Shown here piece after piece: positions 1 through 12,622 of a stretch of DNA of 64,000 nt. The notes under the pieces are model-generated. The model searched no databases, was not told the DNA's origin, and saw nothing but the letters and a program-made list of their open reading frames with translations. Position numbers and translations under genes: made by a program. Every line of letters starts with the position of its first letter. Within the stretch, counting starts at the first letter, position 1. Origin of the DNA: Marsupella aquatica (Eukaryota > Plantae > Marchantiophyta); assembly GCA_973895155.1 (NCBI GenBank), contig OZ316891.1:17792095-17856094 (forward strand), given 5' to 3'.

Positions 1-814
1 CTACTGTTATACAACCCTATCTATCACAAGCTTTTCAAACCTCTAACAGTTCCTAGGCAGATGAAAGATCTAGGTTGTCAAAGAAACATTGTTTTTTTCA
101 TAGTAGGGCCTTTTGCGGTCATGATCCGCTGGCCTTCAACAACTTGCAATGTCTGGGGTGGGACCATGACTTTGCTAAACACTCAGTGAGAATTGGAAAT
201 TAAAGGCGATAGAAAAAGAATTCAAGGCGATAGAAAAAGTCATTATAGGTTGTTTATTCATGGCATCATTTCTCTATCTTGCTTCACAAATCTTTGCATG
301 ACTGAATTATTTTCATATAATGGAGGGGAATTGAGCCAATGACAATTTAGGACTCATTTGCTTGAACTCATGGCTTAAAAGAAGAAGCTGACTTCACCTG
401 AGGTCCCTTGAATGCAAAAGAAAAGTACTTTCCATGTGAACCGAGCATCGAACACCTTATCATTGGATTTAGTATGAGATTTTTAAAATTCTATTATAAT
501 GATAGAATAAAACAAATATGAACTATTTTACTTGTTATTTAAAATAACTAAGAATATTCTTATTACATACGTGGTGTAAGTGTTTACTCTTACGTTACTT
601 TGTCCAGGTGAGTGCCACCTTCAAGTCCATCCGAGTTTAATTAAAGTTTTAGAAAATTATTGTGCATCATAAGGGAATCGAAGTTTGAACTGATAGAAAC
701 CGTAGATGTTGAAGATGGACGGTAGTCAGATCAGCCCGCAAACCTGTGACGAAAAATGTTTGATTCTCTACGGGCCAGTAAAACATTCAGCGAGGACTAG
801 TCAATATTCGGGAC

Positions 815-1086
815 GTACTCTCTCGTCTTCCATCCAGTATTTATAACCGTAATCAACACGGTCTCGCATCTTCTTGTGACGTACTGTACAGAACAACGTA
901 CAGAGTGTATACTGTACAGTACAGCGTCGATCCAACGTATGTGTCGGGTAGCGCGGATAGGCTATGTAGTAAGAGTACTAGGGACTACACGTAGGGGCGT
1001 GAAGGGCAGGGGTGGGCCCGGGGCAGTCCCGGGCAGGAAAGGACAGGAAGGGACCGGCGGGGCCGCGGGGGCGTACCGCAGTGTAC
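815..1086. promoter_or_regulatory. Cluster of GTAC motifs upstream of MCTP (candidate SBP/SPL-type binding cores)
   Basis: GTAC at 815, 881, 886, 898, 914, 919, 975, 1073 and 1083. That is 9 copies in ~270 bp where about 1 is expected by chance. Confidence 0.4.
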
Positions 1087-2326
1087 TGGACGCGGAGGGC
1101 GGGCAGGGGGCGCGGCAGGACAGGACACGGAGGCAGGCGGTGGGGGTGGTCGTGGGGACGTGCCGTGTGTTGGGGGCGGAGGGTGAGTTTGTTTGGGGGT
1201 ATCTTCGTGCACCAAATCACCAAATGTGCCTCTCACGAGGACTTTAGTTTCTTCAGGAGCAGCCGCCTCATTAATTGAGCTTTGTTGAGGAGTTTGCGCC
1301 ATCTAAGATCTGAGTTGAGCTGAGTTGAGTTGGGCTGCTGCTGGGGGCCACAATTCCTGTTCAGGATGCTGCTACAGTCGTAATAATGAGTACTTATCAA
1401 CGATGCCCCACAATCTTTTCCCTTCCTCGTCGTCTTCCTTTTACTTTCCTTGGCTGGTAGATTCCGCGTCAACTCCTTTCTCTCTACTCTTCCTTCTAGA
1501 GACATGCCCCGCCCCCCTCGCTCTCAGTCACTCACTCATTCAATCACTGCCGACAGAAAAGGCCAGTACTGGAGTCCCCACCACGCGACGCCACTACAGG
1601 ATTGGACGATTCTTCCGTGTATCCCGTCATATTATTGCATCGATCATCAGTCAGGAGGAGAGGAGGAGCGAGCCAAATAGCAGCAAGGAGGCTTTGGTGG
1701 TGGTGTGGTGTGGTGTGGTTTCGTTTGTTGGTTGCGGTCTGCGTGGGGGAACGACGAGCCAGTGGTGACAGTGTGACAGTGAGTTCGCTCAGCGGAAGGA
1801 GAGGAGCTTCCCGTTCTGGAGCATTTCACGGAGGAAGTGCACCTCCGAGACTGACGAGTAGTATGGAGATGTAAGTTGAGGTCGGTCAAGGCCTCGGGGA
1901 AAGCAAGCCGAGGATAGGAAGGGAAGGACAGGAAGGAGGAGCACGAGGAGGATCAGCCGGAGGGGAGGGGAGGGGACGGGAGGAGCGAGAAAGTGCTCTC
2001 TTACTCACGAGTTCTACAGTCCACTTGGGAGGACGGAGGAGAGACGGGCTGGTTTGTTGGTTGCAGCGGTGTAGACAATCCACTCCACTATAGTATTGGA
2101 TTTGAGGTCTCGCGCAGCTGTACGTACTGTAGATGGTGGTGGTGGAGTACACTCATAAGAATAGTCCGTGGTAGTGTAGTGCATTGCTTTGGGAGAAGGA
2201 ACATAGACACATAGATAATGTTGGGGGCATCGTAGTTGGTGTTGTCTGGTGTAGTGGTGGCGTCTGCTTCTGCTGCTCCTGCTGGTGCTTCATGATACTG
2301 GTGTCGGTTGAAGTGACGCCATAGCT

Positions 2327-5300
2327 ATGGCGCCCCCGAGGAAGCTCATTGTGGAGATCATCGGTGCTCGTAATCTTATGCCCAAAGATGGCACCGGGTC
2401 TGCTAGCGCCTTTTGTACTGTACGTTCTTACTTTCTCTTTCGCGGCTTCTTCCCCGTCCTTGAGATTTCTATAGTTCTCGCATGTCCGTTCTAAGGCACT
2501 AGTTCATGACTTAGAGATGAGATGAAGAGGATTATGTGTTTACAAGGAGTTGTCTGCACTGTACCACTTTCACTGAGTAGTGGCTACTCCTCTCGTACTG
2601 CGCTGACGATGGCTAATTACCTTGGGTTGTCTGCAGCTTGATTATGACGGGAATCGACGGAAGACGAAGACTAAACACAAGGACCTCAGTCCAACTTGGG
2701 GCGACAAGGTAGTTTGCTCCCTGTCCACCCCCTCTACATTTTCTCTTCTCTACGATTCAAGTGACGGGGGCTCTAGTCAGATGGATGGTTCCTGTGTACC
2801 CCTCCACGCCCCCCCTTCCCCTGAGATTCTATAATGCTGGCATGGATCTGGAGGTTTTGGTGATGGGTCTGGTTTTTGCTTCTTTACTGACGCTGAACGT
2901 CGTTCGACCGATGTCTCATTCTGTGAATGCAGTTCGACTTCATCTATGGTGATCCGTTGGGCATGCTGGAAATCAATGTGTACAATGAAAGGAAAGGAGG
3001 AACTAGGCGGCACGGATTTCTTGGAAGGGTCCAGATCAAAGTGGAGTTTGTTGTGAAACAGGGGCAGGAAGCTTTGCAGTGGCTGCGACTAGACAAGCGA
3101 GGACTGTTCTCTCACGTTAAGGGCGAATTAGGGTAAGCACTAAGGTTTTGATCGACGTGAAGACCTCACTTGGGGTCGGTAGGAGATTTGGACCTACATC
3201 TGCATGGGGCAGTGGTTATCCAAAGTGAATTCATTCGATCTCAACAGAGGGCAATTGTTTGCACGGTAGTTGGAGTTGTAACAACATTTTGGCAGACTTC
3301 CCTTCCGGGATTTTTAAGGGGCTACCCGTGAATCAGAAGTGTGGTCAATGAAATGCATGGATGAGCAATGAAGCAGAAAGAGATTTCGTTGCTCTCCGAA
3401 ATTCGAAGGCAATCATGCGGAGCCAATTAAGACAAGTGCAGACATAAGTGGACCGGAAGTTTTCTATCCTTACATATTTTTAATTAGCGGGAACAGAATC
3501 CTGGGAGCTGCGTATTTGAGCTCAGCTACGAGGGACCATGCTAAGGAGTTTCTTTCCTCGATGGCTATCGTCTGCCAGGGCCGTTTCCATGTTCGCCAGT
3601 GATGAATTAAAGTGATGTAATTCTAGTCGCGTCAGGAATGCTGTCAACGGAGGTACATGTTCATGAGCTTTGTATGTGTTGTGGTGATGTGCACGTTTTC
3701 ACAGCTTCTTCGTGTATGTGCAGCGTCAAAGTGTGGATCGAGGAGCCGAAACCCCCACTACCCGACCCACCGAAGCCCAAGCCGGAGCCTAAAGAGGTTC
3801 CACTACCGAAAGAGCCACCTCCTCCGAAGAAAGAGGAGCCCCCCCATGTCCACACCGTTGCACCAAATGAATTTAAGGTCAAGGATGTTGTCCACAAGAA
3901 CATTGGAACAGCTATGGAGTACCAGCACTCCTACGATCTCGTGGAACCCATGCAATACTTGTACGTCAAGGTCGTGAGGGCTCGGAATTTGGCAGCCAAG
4001 GATGCGGGTGGAACTAGTGATCCCGTAAGTGCCTGGTCCTCTGTCTATGCAGTCTGTGTTTTCCTGGTGTTTTGGTTAATTTGGGTGCTCATCCGTTGCG
4101 TTGTTGCGGAGCAGTATGTGAAAGTCTCTGTCGGGGAAATCAGTGCGAAGACGCAAGTGATTCCCAAGGACTTGAATCCGGAATGGAATAGGGTGTTTGC
4201 GTTCTCCAAAGACAAGCTCAGTGGCCAATTTCTGGAGATTTCCGTTTGGGATACGGTATGTCTGCTTCCATTCTAGACCTCTGGATAACTTTCGCTTCAG
4301 TATCTGAAGTAAGACCTACCTACGAATTGAGCGCTCCACTGACAGATCCTGCTTATTGCCATTACAGGATATGGTCGGGGCCGACGACTTTCTGGGTGCT
4401 CTTTCGTTCTTGCTGGAAGAAATCCCCTCGAGGAAGCCTCCTGAAAGCCCGCTTGCCCCTTTGTGGTACAAGTTAGAGGAAAGACCAGGCAAAACCAGAG
4501 TGAAAGGTACGTCCTTTTAACAGATGTTTCGCTAGCTGGTTTTGATTGTCCTACTGCTAAATTTCCGGCTCATCTGCTGTGTGGGTCTGAATTTTCGATG
4601 TATAATCTCAGGTGAGCTTATGATGGCCCTTTGGATGGGCAATCAGGCCGATGAGGCGTTTCAAGAGGCTTGGCAGTCTGATACCGGTGGCCATGCGCAC
4701 TTCCGGTCGAAGGTGTATCTGTCACCGAAGTTGTGGTATTTGAGAGTCCATATCATCGAGGCACAAGATCTTTTGCCTCCGGACAAGGGTCGGACTGCTG
4801 AACCGGTACGCGGTCTACATACAACCTCTTTTCTCTTTGGACTGTTAGCACGCTTTGACCCCTTCTGGATGGGGTTCTTATTACAGTTTTTGAAACGCCA
4901 TTTTGGGTTTGGTTTTGCAGTTCGTGGAAGTAAGTCTCGGACCGGTGCAAATCAAGAAGTTGTATGTCCCCAGTGCAAAGGGTACCAGTCCTGTCTGGCA
5001 GAAAGATCTAATGTTTGTCGCTGCCGAGCCCTTTGAAGAGCTGCTTCAAGTAACTGTTAAGGACCGCGTGGGCCCAAATAAGGTATCCGAGGTTCCCACT
5101 TCTCATGTTTAATTTGTCGTCTCCAGCGTTGCATGTCGCAGAGCAGTTAGTGCTTGACCGTGAGTTTTGGGCTTTTGACACTGATAGATTTGTGGTGGTG
5201 TCTGTCTTTCGAGTAGGATGAAATAATGGGTGGCACAAGGATAGAGTTGGGTCATATTCCCCGACGATTGGACTTCCGGCGACAAATGAATTCTTCGTAA

Positions 5301-7325
5301 GTTATTGCTTCTCCTGTCCACCTCCCGCTAGTGAGTTTGGAATGCTAACCAAAATCCAATAGTCTTCGGAAAACTGACTAAAGTTTTCGTCATGTCTTCG
5401 CTCAGGTGGTATGTTCTGGATAGCACAGACAAGGGCGTATTCCGAGGTCGGATTCACTTAAGGATATACTTCGAGGGAGGGTATCATGTTTTAGACGAGT
5501 CTCCTGATTTCACCAGTTGCACGAGGCCCACAGCCAAACAATTGTGGAAAACGTCTTTGGGAGTGTTAGAACTTGGAGTAATTGGTGCCAATAACCTACT
5601 ACCAATGCACAATAACCCCGGTGGTAGACCGACAACTGATCCCTACTGCGTTGCCAAATATGGTCAGAAATGGATCCGGACGCGTACTATTACTGACAAC
5701 TTGAATCCCAAGTGGAATGAGCAGTATACTTGGGAAGTTTATGATCCGTGCACTGTCCTGACAGTAGGTGTCTTTGATAACCGGTATAATTCTATTACCT
5801 TTTCCCAGCTCCGTATTCGTCTGAGTTCTCTCCTCTTCTGGAGTTTCTGTGAGTATTCGGGAATGGGTACCAACTGATTTTGTTGGTTTCATCCCGCTTT
5901 CAGGCATGTCCACAACGGGGTTGCAACGAAGGCTGCAGGTGTGAAAGACACACCAATTGGGAAGGTCCGGATCCGGTTGTCCACTCTAGAGAGTGACCGA
6001 GTGTACACGAATTCGTACCCGTTGCTGGTGGTCACTGCTACCGGAATCAAGAAAATGGGAGAGTTGGAGTGTTCGGTCCGTTTCTCGTGCGCATCCACAG
6101 TCAACGTCATGCAGGCTTATCTCCAGCCTCCTCTTCCAGCGATGCACTACTTTGTTCCAATCGAATTGAGTGACTTGGAGAACCTCCGAATTGGCGCCAT
6201 GAATCTAGTAGCGTCGAGGCTTGCTCGGTTTGAGCCTCCCTTGCGACAAGAAGTTGTGCAATTCATGCTTGATACTGAGTCCCATCGCTGGAGCATGAGA
6301 CGTAGCAAGGCTAACTATTTTCGAATAGCGGTATGGTCTCATGCTTTGCTGTTCCCACCTTGCACGAAACTGATTCTGGAATAGGAAATCGTCATGTGAC
6401 TGATTGCCCAAGAGATTTACTAAGTTGTAAGGTACGTTGTGGTGATTGCAGAACGTGTTATCGGGCCTCTTCGCGGTGCACAAGTGGTTTGATGACATTT
6501 GTACATGGAAGAACCCGGTGACTACTGTTTTAGTTCATATTCTTTTCTTGATTTTCGTTTGGTATCCAGAGATGCTCTTGCCAACAGTGTTTTTGTATAT
6601 GTTCCTCATTGGGGCATGGAATTACCGGTTTCGCTCTCGATTGCCTCCCTTCATGGATGCTCAACTTTCACAAGGCGGGGAGGAGCCTATTAGGGACCTG
6701 GATGAGCTTGAAGAAGAATTTAATGTAGTGACTGGAAACAAGACGGAACAGGTGAGCTTGCCTCTACAGCTTCAAATCTCAATCCTGTCATTGAAATATG
6801 CATTTTAGATTGTCAGTACCAGCACTTCTTGAAGTTTGGGTCATCCGCTACTAGTTAACTCCTCATTTCATCTTGCAGGTTTTGAAAACAAGATATGAGA
6901 GATTGAGAGGGTTTGCCGGGAGAATACAAAGCTTTCTGGGTGAAGCTGCTACACAAGGAGAAAGACTGCAGGCGCTCTTGAGTTGGCGAGACCCCAGGTT
7001 GGTAATTGTTCTTCAGTTGGCCGAGCCAAGGCCCAAGGCCCTAAGCTGATTGCCAACCCTTCATTCTCCTTATATGTTTGGTGAAAAGCTAAGTTTTCCT
7101 CCATTTACTTACGATGTTGGGTTTCGGAACGATTGCAGGGCAACATCAATATTTGTGACGTTCTGCTTAATTGCAGCTATTGTGCTATACGTAACTCCTT
7201 TCCGGGTTGTAGCGGTTCTTATCGGTGTTTATGTCTTGCGCCACCCGAAATTCCGGGATCCCCTTCCTGCAGTTCCTCTCAATTTCTTTAGACGCCTCCC
7301 TTCGTTATCGGACCGGATTCTTTAG
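2327..7325 (+). CDS. MCTP: MCTP (multiple C2 domains and transmembrane region protein; FTIP/QUIRKY family), 14 coding exons, ~930 aa
   Basis: Exons 2327-2419, 2637-2708, 2933-3132, 3724-4024, 4115-4255, 4368-4506, 4612-4805, 4921-5082, 5217-5296, 5406-5783, 5904-6330, 6452-6751, 6879-6997, 7139-7325. All introns are GT-AG and phases are consistent (2793 nt). Motifs: C2A (RKLIVEIIGARNLMPKDG), Pro-rich linker, YDLVEPMQYLYVKVVRAR, KVYLSPKLWYLRV, DPYCVAKYGQKWIRTRT, WSMRRSKANYFR, TM region, C-terminal NFFRRLPSLSDRIL*. Confidence 0.95.
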
Positions 7326-9017
7326 GCCTACAACGACCTGCAAGATCAGCAGCTAAGTAAAACAGCTAATCTTTCTGATACTAAAAACTTTTACAGCAAA
7401 TGAGGCCGGCCCATGATGCCATGGTGCCTTTTCCCTTCCTCTTATACGCCATGGCATGGCCATGGTGCTAGCATAACCGGCAGCACGCGGAGTGAGGGAG
7501 GCCCACATGAAATTTTGATCGTCACCTCTCGGCCATAGTAGATTTTGCTCGGCATACATAAGGATTCGGTGTTCCAAACAGAGGTTCTGCATGTAATGTC
7601 ACCGTACACTACTACAAGCAGACTATCCCGTTGCCCGAGCCGGTCGATGTGCTCCGGATGGATTCGGCTGGAATAAATGGCATTTTCACGACGGTGGCAG
7701 CAGACGACTCGCTCACTCTCGGCTTTAGGGTGGAGGGGAAAAGAAGGGGTCGAAATAAGAAGATAAGCTTATCCCTCGGTGGGTTACACGCTTCAACGTA
7801 TTATTGGCAATAGCAGCCTTTTGACGGCTTCCTCGTTTGCTACATCCGATTTTGGAAGGCTGGCCTCGAATTAGGATGTGGGACGGAAAAGCATATTATT
7901 ATACCCAATCTAGAATTTTGCATGGAAATGCTCGCCACACCTCGTCCAGGAAGTGGGTCTTATGACCGAACTTGGGGCCTTTAGTAAAATTAACTATCCA
8001 GCGACAGGTTTTCAGTTCGGAATCTCTGCCAGGGATGGAAACGGATGACGAATATCTGGTTGGATATGGAATTGAATTTTGAGGAAATGGGGGTGGTTTT
8101 GGGAACAACCCGTTCGTCACGTGATCTGATAATCTCTAATTTGACTGATCTGGACGCGAGAGGCTGAAGCGTAGTCACACATTACAGATGGTGATGGATT
8201 GATGGAAGTTTCAGTTTTGAAACCCACCATAGTGGCCCTGCAACTGCAGCAGCAACACCTTTTGAATGAATGATGATTCGGCTTTCAGGAAATTTATTGA
8301 TCCTCTTTAAAGGATCTTATTTATAGCGGTTAAACTAGTGGTTTAAGACCGACGAAAAATAGCATCAATGTAACTCAGGGTTCATGTAAATGTCATTTAT
8401 CTTGTCACTCTAGTTTCTGTCTTGCAACGGCCTCCCTCCTGTCGACTCTTTTGGAATTTTGATTCTGTGTAGTTCACTGGTAGTCATGGATTGGTCACGG
8501 TGTCGCTCTCTGGTCATGATGATGTACTGAGGGAATATGTTTTTAGTGCCAGCACCCAAGCAAACAAATGGCCCTTCGGAGTGACTGTTTCCGCATGCGG
8601 AAATAATGTATACACTTGCAACCAAGTAAAGCTGAATGACCAAATGGGCAATGGTTGCAAAGGGAACTGAAGTCTGCCATCGTGTAGGTCTTCTGCTGTT
8701 ACGTTTTTTAACGTGGATGTCCTGTCCTGAAATTCCGGAAACTGAGCCGTACTTTGGGGTAGTTGAGTGGTGGTCAAGTATTTCAACGCACCGCCTGTGT
8801 GTTCTTTTCTTCATTATTGAGGCGTCAGCCGACGCGATACCCCCCTTGGGGAAAAGGACCTTTCAGCGGAGGAAGCTTGGTCATATCATCAGCTCGTATC
8901 ATTGATTGGGACCACACCACAGCCCCACCTGTATTCTCTGGGGAATAGGGACACAACAAAGTTATCTGAAACGGCCGTCAGAATCAAGAAAGTTCTTCAC
9001 TGCTACCGCCTCTACGA

Positions 9018-9127
9018 CACCTTTTGGTAATTGCGGGGATTGTCATGGTGCGACTGACTTGAATTGCCTGGCACCTTTTGGTAATTGCGGGGATTGTCAT
9101 GGTGCGACTGACTTGAAGTGCCTGGCA
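9018..9127. repeat. 54-bp tandem duplication
   Basis: caccttttggtaattgcggggattgtcatggtgcgactgacttgaa(t/g)tgcctgg starts at 9018 and 9072. Confidence 0.95.
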
Positions 9128-12100
9128 GCTTTGGTTTACTGCGTTGTTGCACACTTTATCAGCGACAGGGACGGACCACTACCTGGTAGAGTAGAACGGC
9201 CTAGATTTGGGCCTTCTCAATGAAATACTCGGATCCGCTGTATGCCGTAGAGAACAATTCTGCGGTGCAATCCACTGAGGCAAAAGCCAAGGGATATAAA
9301 TGGCGACCGATGAGGAGCAGGAGTCACGAGTAAGTACTCGGCTACATGTATATAGAAAGGTAAGTGGACGACGATTAGTATCGAGCCAAGGTAAGAGAAC
9401 CATGATTATGGATCGTTACAGCTACCTGAGCTTCACTGAAAGAGTAGCTCAAATGCTTACGGAGAGATAGTTCCTCTGAGAACGAGGCTTAATCGCTTTC
9501 TGTAGCTTTAAGTAGAATGTAGCCTATGATGAGAACCTCGTACGAATTGATTACGAGATAGCTCCGTTTTACACATCTCCAGAGGCTGCCTGTAGTAGGT
9601 TGGAGCTTGACCGCGGGAATAATGATAAAGTCTATCCTCCCTAGTCTGCCTCAGCGTTGAGCCTATTCCTGACGGAAAGGTACAGTAATCACGTCCACTC
9701 CAATCAGTGATGTAGATTCCATTCGAGGATGTTGTGACGAGTTTTTCAATTATCCGCCCAGTGTTAACAGTATCTGTAAGAGATTCAGAGAAACCTTTCC
9801 AAACGAGCGTAAGCGTTAATTCCTATCCTCACATGACGCCGTAACAACATTCATAGTTCAAGGAACTCCAATTCGAGCGTCTTCCATTTCCATCTAAAAT
9901 GGAGTTTGTGAATAGTGTGCTCTTCATTGGTTTCCTCGGTTTTGGTGCACTCATATTTGAAAGGTGACTCTTTTAATGTTCACTATCGCTAGCGTAAAAG
10001 GTTTACATCTTTTCATGAATGCTTTCATACAGTAATTGAACGTGACAATAGACGAATATATTTCCTTGGAAAAAATCTCCCATAGTTCAGGCGAACTTGA
10101 GAAATTTTCTGCTACAGTGAGATCCTCCGCCTCTGGGTGCATGCATCCTTGCCAATGCATGTTCACCTGATCCTGAGGCGGTGCGAAGAATTCCATCAGT
10201 GCTTGGTTGTCAATTGGCGTCGTTGCGAGGGGAAACAGGTGCAGCCTTGTACTGTACTAGAGTTGTAAAGCTTGCGTACTTAATAAATTATCATTTCAGT
10301 TTCGTCTATGGTGGAACAGCAGCAATCATCTCTGCCGCGAACAGACATTCCTTCAAGAGGTTGCAATTTTATCAACTCGATCGACAGTCCTTCGGGCTCA
10401 CATTCGTTTCTTTTACCAACATATCATGAGACTATATCGATTCCATTTCCCAACTTCTTATTCGACTACTCTACGGAGGCCATCCATTTCTCTTACCAAA
10501 TTGTCATTTCAATCGTGTGCGCGGTGACCCGTAGAACGTAGCCTTCGTCCGGCAACAACAAGAAGTACGTACAACTACACTGGCCCTGATCCATTCATTT
10601 CATTTCCTTCCTTTCCATTTCCCGCCTGACAGAGCCGTGCAAAGATCTCTAAGTTGCAATCTTGGCCTGGTAGGCCATAGAAGCGAACGAAACGACCAGG
10701 ACAACACCGCCACTAAATTCGCATTTGTTCCACCTCGTGCTTGCGTCAATAATTCCCATGTGGGGGTGGGGACAACGGACCACAAGTTCAGCGACATTGT
10801 CGATTGGCATGGAGAGTCCTGGATGGAGTGAATCCGTGGGCAGCAGAGTCGGCCCGGTCCAGGGGTGGGCGGTGAGGGAGGGGGGCCCACGCCCAATTAT
10901 TCAAACGCGAGCGCACACAGCAGAGAAGGAGCTGATATCAAAGCTCTCCAAGACCCATCAAAGTGAGGTCGAGTCCTGCCGAGTAAGCGCGACCATGCTA
11001 TCCATCGCTGATCGAGCATGACATATGAGACTGGGCCAGGCCTGTAGGTGTCGGAACTTGCAGAGCAAGGCACGCACTTGGGCCGGACAGACACTTTGAC
11101 AGAACGGCAGAACCACCTTCTGACCTTCTCTCTTGCATTCGTTCGCTCAGCAGCACGCACCCAGGCAGGCTCGCTCCCTCGCTACGCTGTTTGTAGTCCA
11201 GCTCAATATTTGAAATTGTGTACTACCAAATTAGTAATTCATAACTTTTTAACATAAATACTGGTCAGATGCCATGACTATAAGTCATTGCAGTGGGCTA
11301 AACAAACAAACAAACTCTAAATGGACATCTGTTTATGGCAAAGGCTGCAACTTTGAAGCTTTTTGAGACTCCCTAATGATAGAAGACCATCTGCACCCAT
11401 CACAGGGGATGTCTGGCCAGGGAAATATTTGTTTCTTGCCAAATGGGTTTTGCATGCCCCATGGTCTCTCGCCATTTTAAAAGCTGGATGGTGCCTCTCG
11501 CGCGTCATGCTTGGTGGTGACGCCCTGTGAGCTTGAGCTCCACGTAGTGCTCCTGCCAGGGTCTCGCCAAGGGTGTGTAAAGGCCATAGTATCATACCGT
11601 CACTCCTTTCTACCAGCGTGGATTCATGACTCATCATCATCAATACAAGCCACGTGGTTAATGAATGAGGTCCATCATTAGTATGACATTAGTTCGTGGA
11701 CCCCTTGGTTAATAAAATTAGGGGAAAGAGTCGACCTGAGCCGTTTTCATTTCTTATCTCCGAAAATTTCATCTGTCTATCATAATGGCCAATCTATGGT
11801 TCAAAAGAAAGATCTCAAATAGATCTATGGATGAGTTCTGTCCGTTTTACAAATGGGTTAATATTTTTCAAATGAAAAATTAAACAAATCCAAGCTTTCC
11901 TAGCCGTCGATTTTGTTGATTTTATAATCTTTGTCGTCCATTTTGTAATGCCTCTAGAAATCTTATTCATCCATGTTAAAAGGCGATCTAGGGTACAAAA
12001 GAAAGATCTCAATGAGATCTACGACTGAGTATTTTTTGTTTTGAGAATAAGTAAATAGTTTTGAGTATAAAATTCGATGAACTTTCAAGATTCCAGCCAT

Positions 12101-12324
12101 TCCTCCTCCCCGATCCTGGGTTTCTATGTGCTCTTCCCAGCATTAATGGCCGTACAATAAGAGAGGTCCTTACATACCGGGAGTTGCGGTTTAACAAGGA
12201 AATTATCAAGTTAGTTATTAGTCATTATTTATTATATGAAACATACTTTTTATAAATCTTTGAATTTAAGTTTTAAAATTGAAAATGTAACTAAAATGGT
12301 TACATAGTGACAGTTTTAACCGTC

Positions 12325-12535
12325 TTGCTCTTTGTATTTCCAATGTTTTTACTTTTCTTTTTACGGCACGGCATCCCAAAATTTACACCCAATTGACACA
12401 AACACGAATGAAAACTATAAGTTTGATTCACAAAATCGACGAGTCTTGTTTGTTGCAGTTGTTGTTGATGTGGCACGCTGTGGTGCCAGAAATTTTGGAA
12501 GTGACCTCTAGTGGGGTCCGTAATTATGAAGTGAA
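12325..12535 (+). repeat. Dispersed repeat, copy 1 (related to 60550-60760)
   Basis: Shared blocks ttacggca(c/t)ggc..cc.aaaa.ttaca, gatgtggc and ggggtccgtaattatg occur in the same order in both copies. Confidence 0.7.
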
Positions 12536-12622
12536 CATTTGCTAATAAGAATTACCGTTATGGCTACACACACACCGCATAATTAAGTGTGAACAAACAA
12601 GTCTATAGTCAATATTTCACAA

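Noticed and set aside
876-2214. Multiple overlapping 70-150 aa ORFs
   Set aside because: These are products of GC-rich, low-complexity promoter/leader sequence with no recognisable domains.
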